Positions 21,152 through 31,872 of a stretch of DNA of 64,000 nt are shown piece after piece. The notes below the pieces were generated by a model, which ran no database searches, had not been told where the DNA came from, and saw only the letters and a list, made by a program, of their open reading frames with translations. The position numbers and the translations under genes were made by a program. Each line of letters starts with the position of its first letter. The first letter of the stretch is position 1. Source of the stretch: Candidatus Zixiibacteriota bacterium (lineage in GTDB: Bacteria; Zixibacteria; MSB-5A5; UBA10806; 4484-95); NCBI GenBank assembly GCA_037441845.1, contig JBBIRK010000005.1, positions 128,001 to 192,000 of the forward strand. Direction: 5' to 3'.

Positions 21152-21560
21152 CGACCTCGTCAATTCTGATTGTCCTGGATTCGGCGTCGGTTATTTCGAA
21201 AAAAATATCGTATCGGTTATCGGGCAGGTTCCCGGCGGCTTTCTCCGCCCATTCGACAATTATAATGCGCTTCGAGTCGGGAAGTTCATCCCAGCCGAGT
21301 TCCTCGAGATTGCCGTTGAAACGATACAAGTCCACATGCACGACCTCGATATCCCCAGGATAATAATTCACCAGATTAAACGAGGGGCTATGAGCTTCTA
21401 TTCGACATTTCAACCCTCGGCAGATACCTCTCGTAAAAGCAGTCTTGCCGGACCCGAGAGGTCCGATCAAGGCCAAAAAATCGCCGCATTTCAAATCCCG
21501 GGCGAACGCCTCGCCGAATCGTTCGGTTTCATGCTCGGATCTTGCCAGCCAGGTGACCAA
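21135..21560 (-). CDS. tsaE: t6A biosynthesis ATPase TsaE
   Basis: GPLGSGKT, SPSFNLV, HVDLYR, IVEW. Confidence 0.93.
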   Translation of the reverse strand: MVTWLARSEHETERFGEAFARDLKCGDFLALIGPLGSGKTAFTRGICRGLKCRIEAHSPSFNLVNYYPGDIEVVHVDLYRFNGNLEELGWDELPDSKRIIIVEWAEKAAGNLPDNRYDIFFEITDAESRTIRIDEVDDTRN

Positions 21561-21588
21561 GTTCGGGCCTCGTCAAGCCTATGAAGAG

Positions 21589-23136
21589 TTATTTTCCCTT
21601 GAGAGTGACAACGGGTAGAATCACTTCATCGAGAGTAATGCCGCCGTGCTGGAAACTGTTTCTGTATTGGCGGCGGTATTCGGCCATGTTATTCGGGTAA
21701 ACAAAATAGTAATCCTCACGGGCGATCACGTAGGTGGTGGCAAGGCTCCACGTCGGCAGGCGATATTCTTTCGGCTTCCTGATCAAAAACGATTGCCGTT
21801 GATCGCAGTTCAGATTGTCCCCGAACTTATAACGAAGGTTCGTGGAGGTGTCTCTTTTCCCGTGAATGATCGAACCCCGGGTGCACAGCACTGATCCATG
21901 ATCGGTGGTTATAACAACCACTGCTTCGGTTTTGGAGAGTTTTCTTAACAATTCGAACAGGTGCGAATGCTCGAACCAAGATCTCATCAAAGATCGGAAA
22001 GCGGCCTCATCCGGGGCGATTTCCTGAAGGATCTCGGATTCGCTGCGTCCGTGGGAAAGGATATCGACGAAATTGTAAACCAGCGATAACAGCGGCGTCG
22101 ATGAATAGCTCGAGATTTTTCTGGCTATATTCTGCCCCTCCTCGAAATCGAGCACTTTGATATATTTGGATTCCCCCGAAAGCGAGATTCCGAGTTTTTT
22201 GATCAGACGGTCGAGAAGTTGCCGCTCATTGCGGTTGCGACTGTATTCGCTGGCGGCTTGTGCCCATAGTTCGGGGAAAATCTCGGCCACTTTGTCGGGG
22301 AATTCCCCGGAAAAAATTGCGTTTCTCGAAAACGGAGTGGCGGTCGGAATAATCGAATAGTAATAATCTCTTTTCACATCGAAATATTCGGCCAACAGCG
22401 GTTCGATCATAAGCCACTGATCAAGCCGCATGCAGTCGATTACGATAAACACGGCCTGCCGTTTCTGCTTCAAATGAGGGGCGAGATATTCTTTCACGAC
22501 ATCAACCGAAAGGCACGGCTTGCCGCCATTTATCCAGTTGAGGTAATTTTTTTCGTAAAACGGGGCGAATAGCGCATTGCATTGTCGTTTTTGATCCTGG
22601 TGGGATTGCCGCAGTCCCATATCCTTGAAATTTTCGACCTCGAGATCCATCTCCGAAAGTTTGACATGAATATCGATCCAATCTTTCCAATCGAGCGGGG
22701 AGTTAATAAGGGCATTGATCCGATTGAATTCTTCGACGAAATGCCGGGTCAGGTGTTCTTCCTGAATCCGCTTTTTATCGAGGATTCTCTTGACCGCCGA
22801 AAGAATCTGGCCGGGATTGATCGGCTTGACAAGATAGTTGTCTATTTTGCGGCCGATAGCCTGTTCCATCAGCTTTTCTTCTTCGGATTTGGTAACCATT
22901 ATTATGGGCAGGTTCGGGCGAACATCTTTTATCTCTTCCAGCGTGGAAAGCCCGTCGCGTCCCGGCATCATTTCATCGAGCAGAATCAGGTCGAACGATC
23001 GATTCTTGACCATCTCGATAGCGTCATCGCCGTTGGCGGCGGAATGAACCTTGAAGCCGTGCTCCTCGAGAAAAATAATATAAGCTTTCAATTGATCGAT
23101 CTCATCATCGACCCACAAGATATTTCTTTCGGTCAA
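21589..23136 (-). CDS. porX: PorX-like response regulator (REC plus PglZ/alkaline-phosphatase domain)
   Basis: ILWVDDE, LLDEMMP, MVTKSEEE, IDCMRLDQW, PTATPFSRNAIFSG, NFVDILSH, TTDHG, FQHGG; next to tsaE. Confidence 0.88.
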   Translation of the reverse strand: MTERNILWVDDEIDQLKAYIIFLEEHGFKVHSAANGDDAIEMVKNRSFDLILLDEMMPGRDGLSTLEEIKDVRPNLPIIMVTKSEEEKLMEQAIGRKIDNYLVKPINPGQILSAVKRILDKKRIQEEHLTRHFVEEFNRINALINSPLDWKDWIDIHVKLSEMDLEVENFKDMGLRQSHQDQKRQCNALFAPFYEKNYLNWINGGKPCLSVDVVKEYLAPHLKQKRQAVFIVIDCMRLDQWLMIEPLLAEYFDVKRDYYYSIIPTATPFSRNAIFSGEFPDKVAEIFPELWAQAASEYSRNRNERQLLDRLIKKLGISLSGESKYIKVLDFEEGQNIARKISSYSSTPLLSLVYNFVDILSHGRSESEILQEIAPDEAAFRSLMRSWFEHSHLFELLRKLSKTEAVVVITTDHGSVLCTRGSIIHGKRDTSTNLRYKFGDNLNCDQRQSFLIRKPKEYRLPTWSLATTYVIAREDYYFVYPNNMAEYRRQYRNSFQHGGITLDEVILPVVTLKGK

Positions 23137-24362
23137 ATCGGCAACTCCATCATAAAAGTGGTTTTCACATTCGGGATGCTTTCATGAAGCCATATACGGC
23201 CCTTGTGATATTCCTCGATAATCCTCCGCGCCAACGTCAATCCAAGCCCCCAGCCCCTTTTTTTGGTGGAAAAGCCGGGGTTGAAAATATGCTTTTGAAT
23301 CGACGGGATGATCCCTTTTCCGTTATCGGAAACGCTTACGACAATCTTATTGTTTCTGTATTCCGCCTTTATAGAAATCCTTCCGTTTCGTGGATCGACG
23401 GCCTCAAGCGAATTTTTTATGAGATTTTCGATAACCCAGGCTATCAATTCCCTATTTATACTTATATCCGGAACTTCCGAATATTGTTCGATAATTTCAA
23501 CCCCCTTGCCGGCTCCGGGAAGCCGCATCCGAAAATAGGCCACCACTTCTTTGATCGGCTCAAGAATATCCGTCCTTTCCAGTTCCGGTATCGAGCCTAT
23601 TTGACCGAATCTGGTGGCCACGCGGTCGAGACGTTTGAGGTCGGACTCGATGCGGCTGATTATTTCATCGAAACCGAGCGCCGTCGATTCGTCGGGCAAC
23701 GAAAAATCCGACCGTTTGAACTTTCTTTTCAATAGCTCCGACCATCCCATTATCGAGGACAAGGGGGTGCCCAATTGGTGAGCTGTTTCTTTGGCCATTC
23801 CGATCCAGATCGAACGCTGCTCGGATCGCTTGATATTTCTAAGCCCGATATATCCCACCAAAATTAAAATTGCGATAACCGAAAACTCGATAAGCGGAAT
23901 GAATTGAAGTTGCTTTATCAATCGCGAATCCCCGAAATGCAGATAATGGATCACGGTTTTTTCGGGACCGAAATAGATGGGAACCGGTTCGTTGTCGGCA
24001 TCCATCTTTTTGAGCGCTTTTGCCAACCGTCGATTGGTCTCCTCGAGCCCTATATCTTCCGGCAGTTGGAGTGTCCAGAACATCGGCTCGCCCGCCGGTG
24101 AAGTGACGATTATCGGAAATGTAGCCTTCCTGATGATTTCCTCGAATATGAAATTTATCTCATTGCCCGAGGTCGCCTCGCTGGCGGCATACTGCCAAAG
24201 TCTGGCATAAGCCCTGCTTACCCGAGCGGCGTCCTGTTTCAGACCGTTGACGATAACCTGATTATAATACACGAAAATCACGATAATGATCACCATGCTG
24301 AACGCCAGAGCATTGGTGAATACCGAGCTCGAATTGAAGAGATTCTTTACCTTGCGAATAAT
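23133..24362 (-). CDS. Membrane sensor histidine kinase, PorY-like
   Basis: Two TM helices, H-box WIGMAKETAHQLGTPLSS, ENLIKNS, DNGKGI, FNPGFSTKKRGWGLGL; first ATG is 24296, probable ATT start at 24362. Confidence 0.88.
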   Translation of the reverse strand: MIRKVKNLFNSSSVFTNALAFSMVIIIVIFVYYNQVIVNGLKQDAARVSRAYARLWQYAASEATSGNEINFIFEEIIRKATFPIIVTSPAGEPMFWTLQLPEDIGLEETNRRLAKALKKMDADNEPVPIYFGPEKTVIHYLHFGDSRLIKQLQFIPLIEFSVIAILILVGYIGLRNIKRSEQRSIWIGMAKETAHQLGTPLSSIMGWSELLKRKFKRSDFSLPDESTALGFDEIISRIESDLKRLDRVATRFGQIGSIPELERTDILEPIKEVVAYFRMRLPGAGKGVEIIEQYSEVPDISINRELIAWVIENLIKNSLEAVDPRNGRISIKAEYRNNKIVVSVSDNGKGIIPSIQKHIFNPGFSTKKRGWGLGLTLARRIIEEYHKGRIWLHESIPNVKTTFMMELPI

Positions 24363-24378
24363 GGTCCGCCTCGTGAGC

Positions 24379-25656
24379 CTAAATCGGTTCGAGCCTTTCT
24401 CGATTATGCATATAGGGCCTCAGCGCCTCAGGAATAGTGACCGAACCATCGGCGTTTTGATAATTCTCGAGAATGGCGATAAACGTCCTCGGCAAGGCCA
24501 ATCCCGATCCGTTCAGGGTATGGACAAAGATCGGCTTGGCCCCCTTTTCGGGCCTATAGCGAAGGTTCATTCGTCGCGCCTGAAACGCCTCGAAATTGGA
24601 ACATGAGGAAACCTCCAACCAGGTATCCATACCCGGCGCCGATACTTCCAAGTCATAACATTTGGCGGCGGAGAAAGAGAGGTCACCTGTGCAAAGTAGA
24701 TTGACCCGATAATGCAGCCCAAGCAGTTGCAGCACCTCTTCGGCGTCGGCCACCAATCGTTCGAGCTCTTCATACGAGCTTTCCGGCTCGACTATCTTGA
24801 CCATTTCGACTTTATGGAATTGATGAACACGGGTGATTCCCCGCACTTCTTTGCCGTAGGAACCGGCCTCGCGTCTGAAACAAGGCGAAAAGGCACAATA
24901 ATACAATGGCAGCCGATCGGCTGCGAGTATCTCATCGGCATGCATATTAGTTATCGGGACTTCTGCGGTGGGAATAAGGTAAAAGTCGGAGTCGGCTATT
25001 CTATACATATCGTCCGCGAGTTTGGGCAGCTGGCCAGTTCCCGTCATGGCTTTCGATCCCACCATATACGGAATCATGACTTCGCGATATCCTTGTTTGC
25101 CTACATGCAGATCGATCATGAAATTAATCAAGGCACGCTCCAGCATGGCCCCCTGACCGGTCAAGGCATAGAAACCGGAACCCGATAGTTTCACTCCTCT
25201 GGGGATATCCAGGGCCCCGATAATTTCTCCGATCTCCCAGTGCGGCCGCGGCTTGAACGCGAATTCACGCCCCTTCCCCCAATGTCGAATTATCCGGTTG
25301 GATTTTTCATCGGAACCGACGGGAACATCATGGTGGGGAATATTGGGCACCCTGAGAAGGGCGGCGTCGAGTTCTTCCTCTTTTGCCTTTAATTGCTCGG
25401 TCAGGTCCTTGATTTCCTCCCCGACTTGCCGCATCCTTGCCACCGGCTCGGTGATGTCCAGATTTTGCTTTTTGGCGGCGGCGATATCCAGGTTTGCCTT
25501 GTTGCGGCTGGCCTCCAACGCCTCTTTTTTGCCGATAAGCGCTCGACGTTGTTCGTCCAACCTTAAAATCAGGTCGATATCGACATTTTCGTTTTTGTTT
25601 CGCGCTGCCTGTCTGACGATTTCAGGATTATCCCGGATGAACTTCAAATCGAGCAT
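24379..25656 (-). CDS. serS: Serine--tRNA ligase
   Basis: [40 protein letters not shown]. Confidence 0.98.
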   Translation of the reverse strand: MLDLKFIRDNPEIVRQAARNKNENVDIDLILRLDEQRRALIGKKEALEASRNKANLDIAAAKKQNLDITEPVARMRQVGEEIKDLTEQLKAKEEELDAALLRVPNIPHHDVPVGSDEKSNRIIRHWGKGREFAFKPRPHWEIGEIIGALDIPRGVKLSGSGFYALTGQGAMLERALINFMIDLHVGKQGYREVMIPYMVGSKAMTGTGQLPKLADDMYRIADSDFYLIPTAEVPITNMHADEILAADRLPLYYCAFSPCFRREAGSYGKEVRGITRVHQFHKVEMVKIVEPESSYEELERLVADAEEVLQLLGLHYRVNLLCTGDLSFSAAKCYDLEVSAPGMDTWLEVSSCSNFEAFQARRMNLRYRPEKGAKPIFVHTLNGSGLALPRTFIAILENYQNADGSVTIPEALRPYMHNRERLEPI

Positions 25657-27946
25657 TTTTCTTTTTCCCTTGTATCAAATTGAACAGCCATAGTGATCCC
25701 AAAAAGATCCACCAAATATCGAGCAGTATTGACATATGACTTATATATTCCAGTTCCTTTTCGAAATATCGATCTCTCCCCGCATGGTGAGCCGGACCGG
25801 TCAAGCCCGGCTTGATAAGTTTCCGTCGCCAGAACCCGGGAATCGTCACCGAATCTTTTTGGTATTGCGCCGGCGCAAGCGGAACGGTTCCGACGAAACT
25901 GAGATCACCGTTGAATACCGCGATCAACGCAGGCAAGCCCGGGCGCAAAGCGAACTCGGTATCGTCGATTTCCTGAGACCGATGGAAATCTGCGAACGTC
26001 TTTTCCCGCCCGTCGCGGCCGAAAAACGGCACACGCACCAAGAACGGATACCCACCCAGTTTCGCACCGATGAATTTGTAAAGGAAAACGGGGCTGCTTA
26101 AAATCAACAAAACCGCCGATAGGCAGATATCTATCCCTCGCTTTATGATCCATTCCCAGGTTCTCATGAGTTCCATGGAAACTCGGTAATAGTCGCCGCG
26201 ATACAGCCGCTCGATTTTCAGTCCCTTGAAAAGCGGCTGAGGCTCACCTGCCACTATGAATTGATTCTCGAGGAAGTATGACGCCCGAAGGTATTGGGAT
26301 AAATCGCTGTAATCGTTATCCGGCCAGGCAATCAACACTGTTTCGATTCGCCGCGATCGCAATATCTCGTTCAGGCATACCGGCTCCCCGAGATATTCGA
26401 GCCCGGCCAAACCGCCTTCGAGCCGTTTCCTGCATACATAACCATCGAGCCTGAAATCCCGCTTGATCGTTGCAATGAACGCGCTGGTTGCGGTGAACGA
26501 CTCATGCACGAACAGCGCGACCCGCGGTTGCGATTCCGGCTTGCGATGAATCGCCCTGACAACCAAGAAAAGACCATATTTCAGAACGATGTTCAATATT
26601 ATAAGTAGGATGGCATAAAGGAATATCGGCAGCGGCGAGACGACTATGCTGCCTTCGTAGAATATATTCAGGATAAGGAAACATAAGATTCCCGCCCCGA
26701 CGATCTTCATGATGGCCACCACATATTGCCAGAATCTTCGATCAGCCCTAATTTCGTAGATCCCCATCACCGAAAAGAATATCACCCAGAAAATGCTGAT
26801 CCAAAGGGCGGGAGCGATCATTTCCGAGTAGGCGACATAGACGTCATAAGCTAATAGTCCCCACTTATATTTAAGGCTGTAGATCAGATAAAATGACAAG
26901 TTGATCGAAAAAAGATCGAGAATAAACGCAACCGTGCGCTCCAGAAAATAAAGGAAATTGCGATAAAGATGCACCCCGAGAGCCGAAAGCGCCAGACCTG
27001 AAATCAATATCAAGAGCACCGATATCTGGCTGTCGCTCAAAATAAACGTGGCGGTTCCCATGGCGCCAAGAATCAAGTTCAAAAAGAGGATCACGACAAA
27101 CGCAGTCCTTACCGAAAATGTCCAGCGGACCAGCCGGTAGGGCGAGCTGTCGGGAGCCGCTACCGCCAGCGAGCGGGTTTCGCGAAGCCTCGACAAGCTG
27201 ACCAGTGAAATATCGAAAATGGGATAACTGAGAATCAGGAATGGGGTCGCAAGAAGATAATACGAACGATTCTCCGCCAAATAAATCACCGTCATCGCCC
27301 CGAATAAATACCCGAGCAGCATCGCGCCGGAATCTCCCATGAAGATTTTGGCCCGGGGCATATTATGGCGCAGAAAACCTATGACCGCCCCCACCAATGC
27401 CGCCGCCAAAACAGCCAGCATGGTGTCACCCGACAAAATCGCCACCGCCAAAAATGCGGTGCCGGCCGCAAAACTCATGCTGCCGGTCACGGCATCCATA
27501 TTATCGAGGATATTGAACGAATTCATCATCGCCACGATAAAGAATATCGAAAATCCGAATTCGATTAGAACATTGAATATTCCTATATGCACGTCGGCGA
27601 ATATCACGAAAAGTCCGGCCGCCAGACATTGTCCGGCCATCTTCAGAGTGGCCGTCATTCCCAATCGGTCGTCGATCAGCCCCACCAGAAGGATCAAGGT
27701 GCCGCCCACGAAAATCCCGGTCGTCGTTCGCGACCAATCGAAAAGTCCGAATATGTTCGCGGCGATGACCGCAAGCAAGATGGCCAGACCTATAGCGGGA
27801 CCGCCGAGAACCGGTGTCGGATTCTTATGAATTTTGTCGCGGTACGGATTGTCGACTATGTTAAAAGCCTGCGAAACCCTTATTGCCAGCGGGTGCAGTA
27901 TCCATGACAAGAAGCAGGCTAAAATCAGGATTGCGGCGAAATTCAT
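25628..27946 (-). CDS. Fusion of a WecA/MraY-family polytopic PGT and a degenerate WcaJ/WbaP-like sugar transferase
   Basis: N-terminal [31 protein letters not shown]-terminal KRGIDI, GDLSFVG, KPGLTG, SILLDI. Confidence 0.82.
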   Translation of the reverse strand: MNFAAILILACFLSWILHPLAIRVSQAFNIVDNPYRDKIHKNPTPVLGGPAIGLAILLAVIAANIFGLFDWSRTTTGIFVGGTLILLVGLIDDRLGMTATLKMAGQCLAAGLFVIFADVHIGIFNVLIEFGFSIFFIVAMMNSFNILDNMDAVTGSMSFAAGTAFLAVAILSGDTMLAVLAAALVGAVIGFLRHNMPRAKIFMGDSGAMLLGYLFGAMTVIYLAENRSYYLLATPFLILSYPIFDISLVSLSRLRETRSLAVAAPDSSPYRLVRWTFSVRTAFVVILFLNLILGAMGTATFILSDSQISVLLILISGLALSALGVHLYRNFLYFLERTVAFILDLFSINLSFYLIYSLKYKWGLLAYDVYVAYSEMIAPALWISIFWVIFFSVMGIYEIRADRRFWQYVVAIMKIVGAGILCFLILNIFYEGSIVVSPLPIFLYAILLIILNIVLKYGLFLVVRAIHRKPESQPRVALFVHESFTATSAFIATIKRDFRLDGYVCRKRLEGGLAGLEYLGEPVCLNEILRSRRIETVLIAWPDNDYSDLSQYLRASYFLENQFIVAGEPQPLFKGLKIERLYRGDYYRVSMELMRTWEWIIKRGIDICLSAVLLILSSPVFLYKFIGAKLGGYPFLVRVPFFGRDGREKTFADFHRSQEIDDTEFALRPGLPALIAVFNGDLSFVGTVPLAPAQYQKDSVTIPGFWRRKLIKPGLTGPAHHAGRDRYFEKELEYISHMSILLDIWWIFLGSLWLFNLIQGKKKNARFEVHPG

Positions 27947-28924
27947 TTATTTTCTATAATATGTTATTATGTCGCGAAGTGTTTGTTCAAGTTTAATCCG
28001 CGGCTGGAACCCTATAAGATTGCGGGCCTTGGTCGTATCGGGCACACGTTTCCGCATGTCCTCAAATCCTTTTTCGAAAGCCTTATCGTAAGGAACAGTA
28101 ACGATGCGTGCGCTGCTGCCGGTCAGCCTTTTTATCATTTCCGCCAGTCGGATTATGGAAATTTCGTAATCATTGCCGAGATTGAAGACTTCGCCATAGG
28201 CTTTTGAGTTGTTTATCAACGCGATCAGGGCCGGGGTAATATCCCTGACATCGCAAAAGCTTCGAGTCTGCCGACCATCACCATAAACGGTTATATCGTG
28301 CCCAAGCAGAGCTTGCTTGATGAATGTGGGGACGACCATCCCGTATTGCCCGGTTTGCCTGGGACCGATAGTGTTGAACAATCTAACGATAACTACCCGC
28401 AACTTCTTTTCATGAAAGTAGGCAAGAGACAAAAATTCATCCGCCGCTTTGGAACAGGCGTAACTCCAGCGGCTCTTTACTGTCGGGCCATAAACGGAAT
28501 CGTCGGTTTCTTTGAACGGCACTTTCTCGTTTTTACCGTAAACCTCGGAAGTGGAAGTTATGATTACCGGTCGATCGTACTTATTGGCGATTTTCAGAAC
28601 TATATGGGTCCCCAGGATATTGGTTTCGATCGTATCCACCGGTTTTTCGATTATCAAACGAACCCCCACGGCGGCCGCCAGATGAAATATGAAATCCGCA
28701 TCGCTCACGAGATTATCCATCGTGTTTTCATCCATGATGCTTCCGACGACCAGTTGGAAATCAGGATTCCCCCGCAGGTGTCTCACATTATCAAGACTGC
28801 CGGTGGATAGATTGTCGATCACCAAGACACGATAGCCCTGTGTTATCAATTCCTCGGCCAGGAACGAACCGATAAAACCGGCGCCGCCTGTGATAAGGGC
28901 GGTTCTTTTCTTTTTGGGCGTCAT
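27947..28924 (-). CDS. NAD-dependent nucleotide-sugar epimerase/dehydratase
   Basis: ITGGAGFIG, STSEVYG, YACSK, RLFNTIGPRQ. Confidence 0.92.
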   Translation of the reverse strand: MTPKKKRTALITGGAGFIGSFLAEELITQGYRVLVIDNLSTGSLDNVRHLRGNPDFQLVVGSIMDENTMDNLVSDADFIFHLAAAVGVRLIIEKPVDTIETNILGTHIVLKIANKYDRPVIITSTSEVYGKNEKVPFKETDDSVYGPTVKSRWSYACSKAADEFLSLAYFHEKKLRVVIVRLFNTIGPRQTGQYGMVVPTFIKQALLGHDITVYGDGRQTRSFCDVRDITPALIALINNSKAYGEVFNLGNDYEISIIRLAEMIKRLTGSSARIVTVPYDKAFEKGFEDMRKRVPDTTKARNLIGFQPRIKLEQTLRDIITYYRK

Positions 28925-29463
28925 CTTATTATGATCTCCACAGCTTCCTTCAAATCCCTGGCGATGAAATCAGGCTTCGTATCGAGCGCCCCGGGTTCTT
29001 TGCCGGCATATCCGGTCAGCACGAGGATAGTCTTGGCGCCGATATTTCTGCCGGCCTGGATATCCGATGATTTATCCCCTACCATCCAAGATCGTTCAAA
29101 GTCGATAGAATATCTGTTCCGCGCCAGCAAAAATAATTCGGTTTTGGGTTTACGGCAACTACAATTATCCTCCGGGCGATGTGGGCAATATAGTGAATCA
29201 TTTATCTTGATCCCCTTTGCCGCCAGATCGTCGAGTAGATTTCGGTCGAATTCCGCCGCCTGCTTTGCAGTGAAGTAACCGCGCCCGATGCCTGATTGAT
29301 TGGATACGATTATTTTCAATAGCCTGTCGGGCAATAAAGACAACGCCTCGAGCGCACCCGGGATATACTCGATCTTCGTATAGTCGTGCTGAAACTGCTT
29401 CTCCTGAATTATCACGCCGTCGCGATCCAAGAAGACCGCCGCCGATTTATTGTTGTCGTTCAT
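28921..29463 (-). CDS. gmhB: D,D-heptose 1,7-bisphosphate phosphatase (HAD)
   Basis: FLDRDGVI, SNQSGIGRG, CPH..CSCRKP, MVGDKSSD. Confidence 0.85.
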   Translation of the reverse strand: MNDNNKSAAVFLDRDGVIIQEKQFQHDYTKIEYIPGALEALSLLPDRLLKIIVSNQSGIGRGYFTAKQAAEFDRNLLDDLAAKGIKINDSLYCPHRPEDNCSCRKPKTELFLLARNRYSIDFERSWMVGDKSSDIQAGRNIGAKTILVLTGYAGKEPGALDTKPDFIARDLKEAVEIIIR

Positions 29464-30713
29464 GGGGCATTTCTCTTCGGGCGCCGGGAGGATGCCGATT
29501 GTTGAACCATCGACTCTATCATTTCGACCGCCTTGCGAGCCTGATGTTTTCTCAGGAAACTGGTCTCCACCAGCCTGCGTCCGTTTTTTCCCATACTGTT
29601 CCTAAGTTCACCGTCGGCGGCAAGTCTCATGATAGCATCGGCAAAAGCGCCTTTTTGTTTCAAGGAAAAATATATTCCGGCATTATTGGTTTCGAGCAGC
29701 TCCCTCAATTCGCCGTCGACATTGGTTACGATCGGCAGGCCGGCGGCCATACCGTCGAAAAATTTGGACGGAATTGCGCTTCGGAAAAGTTCGCATTCCC
29801 TAAGAATTACCAGCATTATGTCCGAGCAACAGATATAATCGATCGCCTGCTCCATAGGCATATGATCATGAAATTCCACATTTGTCAGGCCGACACGGCT
29901 GATTTCGGCTTGCAAAATCTCTTTTTGCGGGCCGTCGCCGATAAAATTGAACAAAATACCGCGGCTTTTCAGTTTTGGCAATTCCGGCAAGAGCGACAAT
30001 AAATCCTGCCCCAAACCTATAATACCGGCGTAAGTGATCACCAGCCTGTCTTGCCAACCGAATTTTTTCCGCAATTTAGGTATGTCCTTTTTCCAATTGA
30101 CAAAATCCTCGACCGATCCATTGTAAATTACATCCGTCTTCCCCATCCCACCTCGATTTTCGATTATTTTTTTCAGTCCCGCGGAAATCGTGAACAATCG
30201 ATCTGCCTGTTCATAGATCGATTTTTCCAGTCGGCCGCCCCACCGCAAGAGCCTCGGCGAGCCGACTGCTTCGACTTCTTTCGCGGAATCCGGCCAGAGA
30301 TCTCTGATATCGGCTACGAAACGGGATCGTTTAAGTCTTGCCGCAAGCATCGCCCCGAATACGAAAAATATCGGCGGCGAGGACGCGAATATCACGTCTC
30401 GGCGACGCAGCCACAACGCCGCCACAAAAGATGAGACGGCGAAACTGAGATAATAAAGCATCCGCTTGATATTGTTTTTTTTTCTGAAAGCAAGCACGAA
30501 ACACCGCAAAATAGTAAAGTCCTCTTTTTTCTCGAATCTGAACAATCGCCATTCATCGTTCTTGTCGAGAATGCCGGTCGGGTAGTTGGGAAATTGGCAG
30601 ATTACCGTCACCTGATGTCCTCTTTCAACCATAGCCTCGACGAACGCTTTTATCCTATTCGACGGTGCGCCCGGTTCAGGCGGGAAATATTGTGAAATCA
30701 CCAGAATCGTCAT
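29460..30713 (-). CDS. Glycosyltransferase family 4 (WbuB-like)
   Basis: QYFPPE, PNYPTG, SSPP, DLWPDS, IPSKFF. Confidence 0.9.
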   Translation of the reverse strand: MTILVISQYFPPEPGAPSNRIKAFVEAMVERGHQVTVICQFPNYPTGILDKNDEWRLFRFEKKEDFTILRCFVLAFRKKNNIKRMLYYLSFAVSSFVAALWLRRRDVIFASSPPIFFVFGAMLAARLKRSRFVADIRDLWPDSAKEVEAVGSPRLLRWGGRLEKSIYEQADRLFTISAGLKKIIENRGGMGKTDVIYNGSVEDFVNWKKDIPKLRKKFGWQDRLVITYAGIIGLGQDLLSLLPELPKLKSRGILFNFIGDGPQKEILQAEISRVGLTNVEFHDHMPMEQAIDYICCSDIMLVILRECELFRSAIPSKFFDGMAAGLPIVTNVDGELRELLETNNAGIYFSLKQKGAFADAIMRLAADGELRNSMGKNGRRLVETSFLRKHQARKAVEMIESMVQQSASSRRPKRNAP

Positions 30714-30755
30714 CGACTATGACTCGGCCGGATATTCGAGGTTTTATAATTCGAT

Positions 30756-31811
30756 TCACAGCAATTCGCGGTAAAGGGCATCCATAAGCAAGGCATTTTC
30801 ACGCCAATCGTATTTTTTCTCCACCACTTTCCGGGCATTGATTCCATCTTCGATTCTTTTATCCTGATTCATTATGTAAAATTCGAGAGCCGCACGCAAG
30901 GACTCGCTATCCCCGGGAACAGTCAACAGACCGGTCACGCCGTCTTCGATTACCTCCGGCAGACCGCCGATTTTGGAGGCCACCACCGGCAATCCCGTAG
31001 CCATCGCCTCCACAGCAGCCACTCCGAAAGTTTCCCCCTCGCCGACCGACGGCATGGCGAAAATGTCCATCTCTTTCATATAATCGAATACCCGTTCGTT
31101 CGGAATTTTGCCCGCGAACACGACCTTTTTCGAAACTCCCAGAGACGCCGCCAGTTCTGCGAGATCTGGCCGCGATGGTCCATCACCCACGATAAGCAAA
31201 CGCAGGTCGCTCCTGATTCGACAAAGAACCGCAAAGGAGCGAATAAGCACATCGATCCCGTACTTGGGGGTCAGATTCCTGACGGTTCCGATCGTTATAA
31301 TTTCATGGGGCGGCCTTTGAACGTATTTGAATCGTTCGATATCCACTCCGAACGGTATGACGTTGATTTTACGAGTGCCATTCAACAACAGATCGGTTTT
31401 GCGGGCAAGTGTTTCGCTTGTGGCGGTAATTCTATCGGCCGAGCGTAAGGCTTTTATCGCGGCCAATCTATGTAATGGCGTTTTGCGAGGAAATTCGAGT
31501 ATATCGTCACCCCAGGCCGAAATCACAAAAGGATGAAACCCGCTTAAAGCCGCCACCAAGCCGCAACTCGACACGTAGTGCGCATGCATAATGTCCGGTT
31601 TCACCTGATCGATCAGCCGCTTGACTTCCCCGACTTTCAATAAGGGCGAAAATCGCCTTTTACAGGGGATATATTTAAGATCGATACCTTCGATCGGTTC
31701 CGACGGGTAAAACGAAATCAACGTCACCCAATCTCCCAGGTCGCGAAAAAAGCGCACCCATTTGATTATATGACTGGAGTGGCCGAAGCCTATATAAAGC
31801 AACTTTCTCAT
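30756..31811 (-). CDS. Glycosyltransferase family 4
   Basis: ETFGVAAVEAMATGLPVV, GGLPEV. Confidence 0.92.
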   Translation of the reverse strand: MRKLLYIGFGHSSHIIKWVRFFRDLGDWVTLISFYPSEPIEGIDLKYIPCKRRFSPLLKVGEVKRLIDQVKPDIMHAHYVSSCGLVAALSGFHPFVISAWGDDILEFPRKTPLHRLAAIKALRSADRITATSETLARKTDLLLNGTRKINVIPFGVDIERFKYVQRPPHEIITIGTVRNLTPKYGIDVLIRSFAVLCRIRSDLRLLIVGDGPSRPDLAELAASLGVSKKVVFAGKIPNERVFDYMKEMDIFAMPSVGEGETFGVAAVEAMATGLPVVASKIGGLPEVIEDGVTGLLTVPGDSESLRAALEFYIMNQDKRIEDGINARKVVEKKYDWRENALLMDALYRELL

Positions 31812-31872
31812 ATCATCAGATCATCGTGGCGCTGTCAATATCGGGCTGACCGTTCATGAACGCAGGATTCTA

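Noticed and set aside
21589..23136. PglZ domain as part of a BREX phage-defence system
   Set aside because: It is fused to a receiver domain in the PorX architecture, and no brxC, pglX or brxL genes are nearby.
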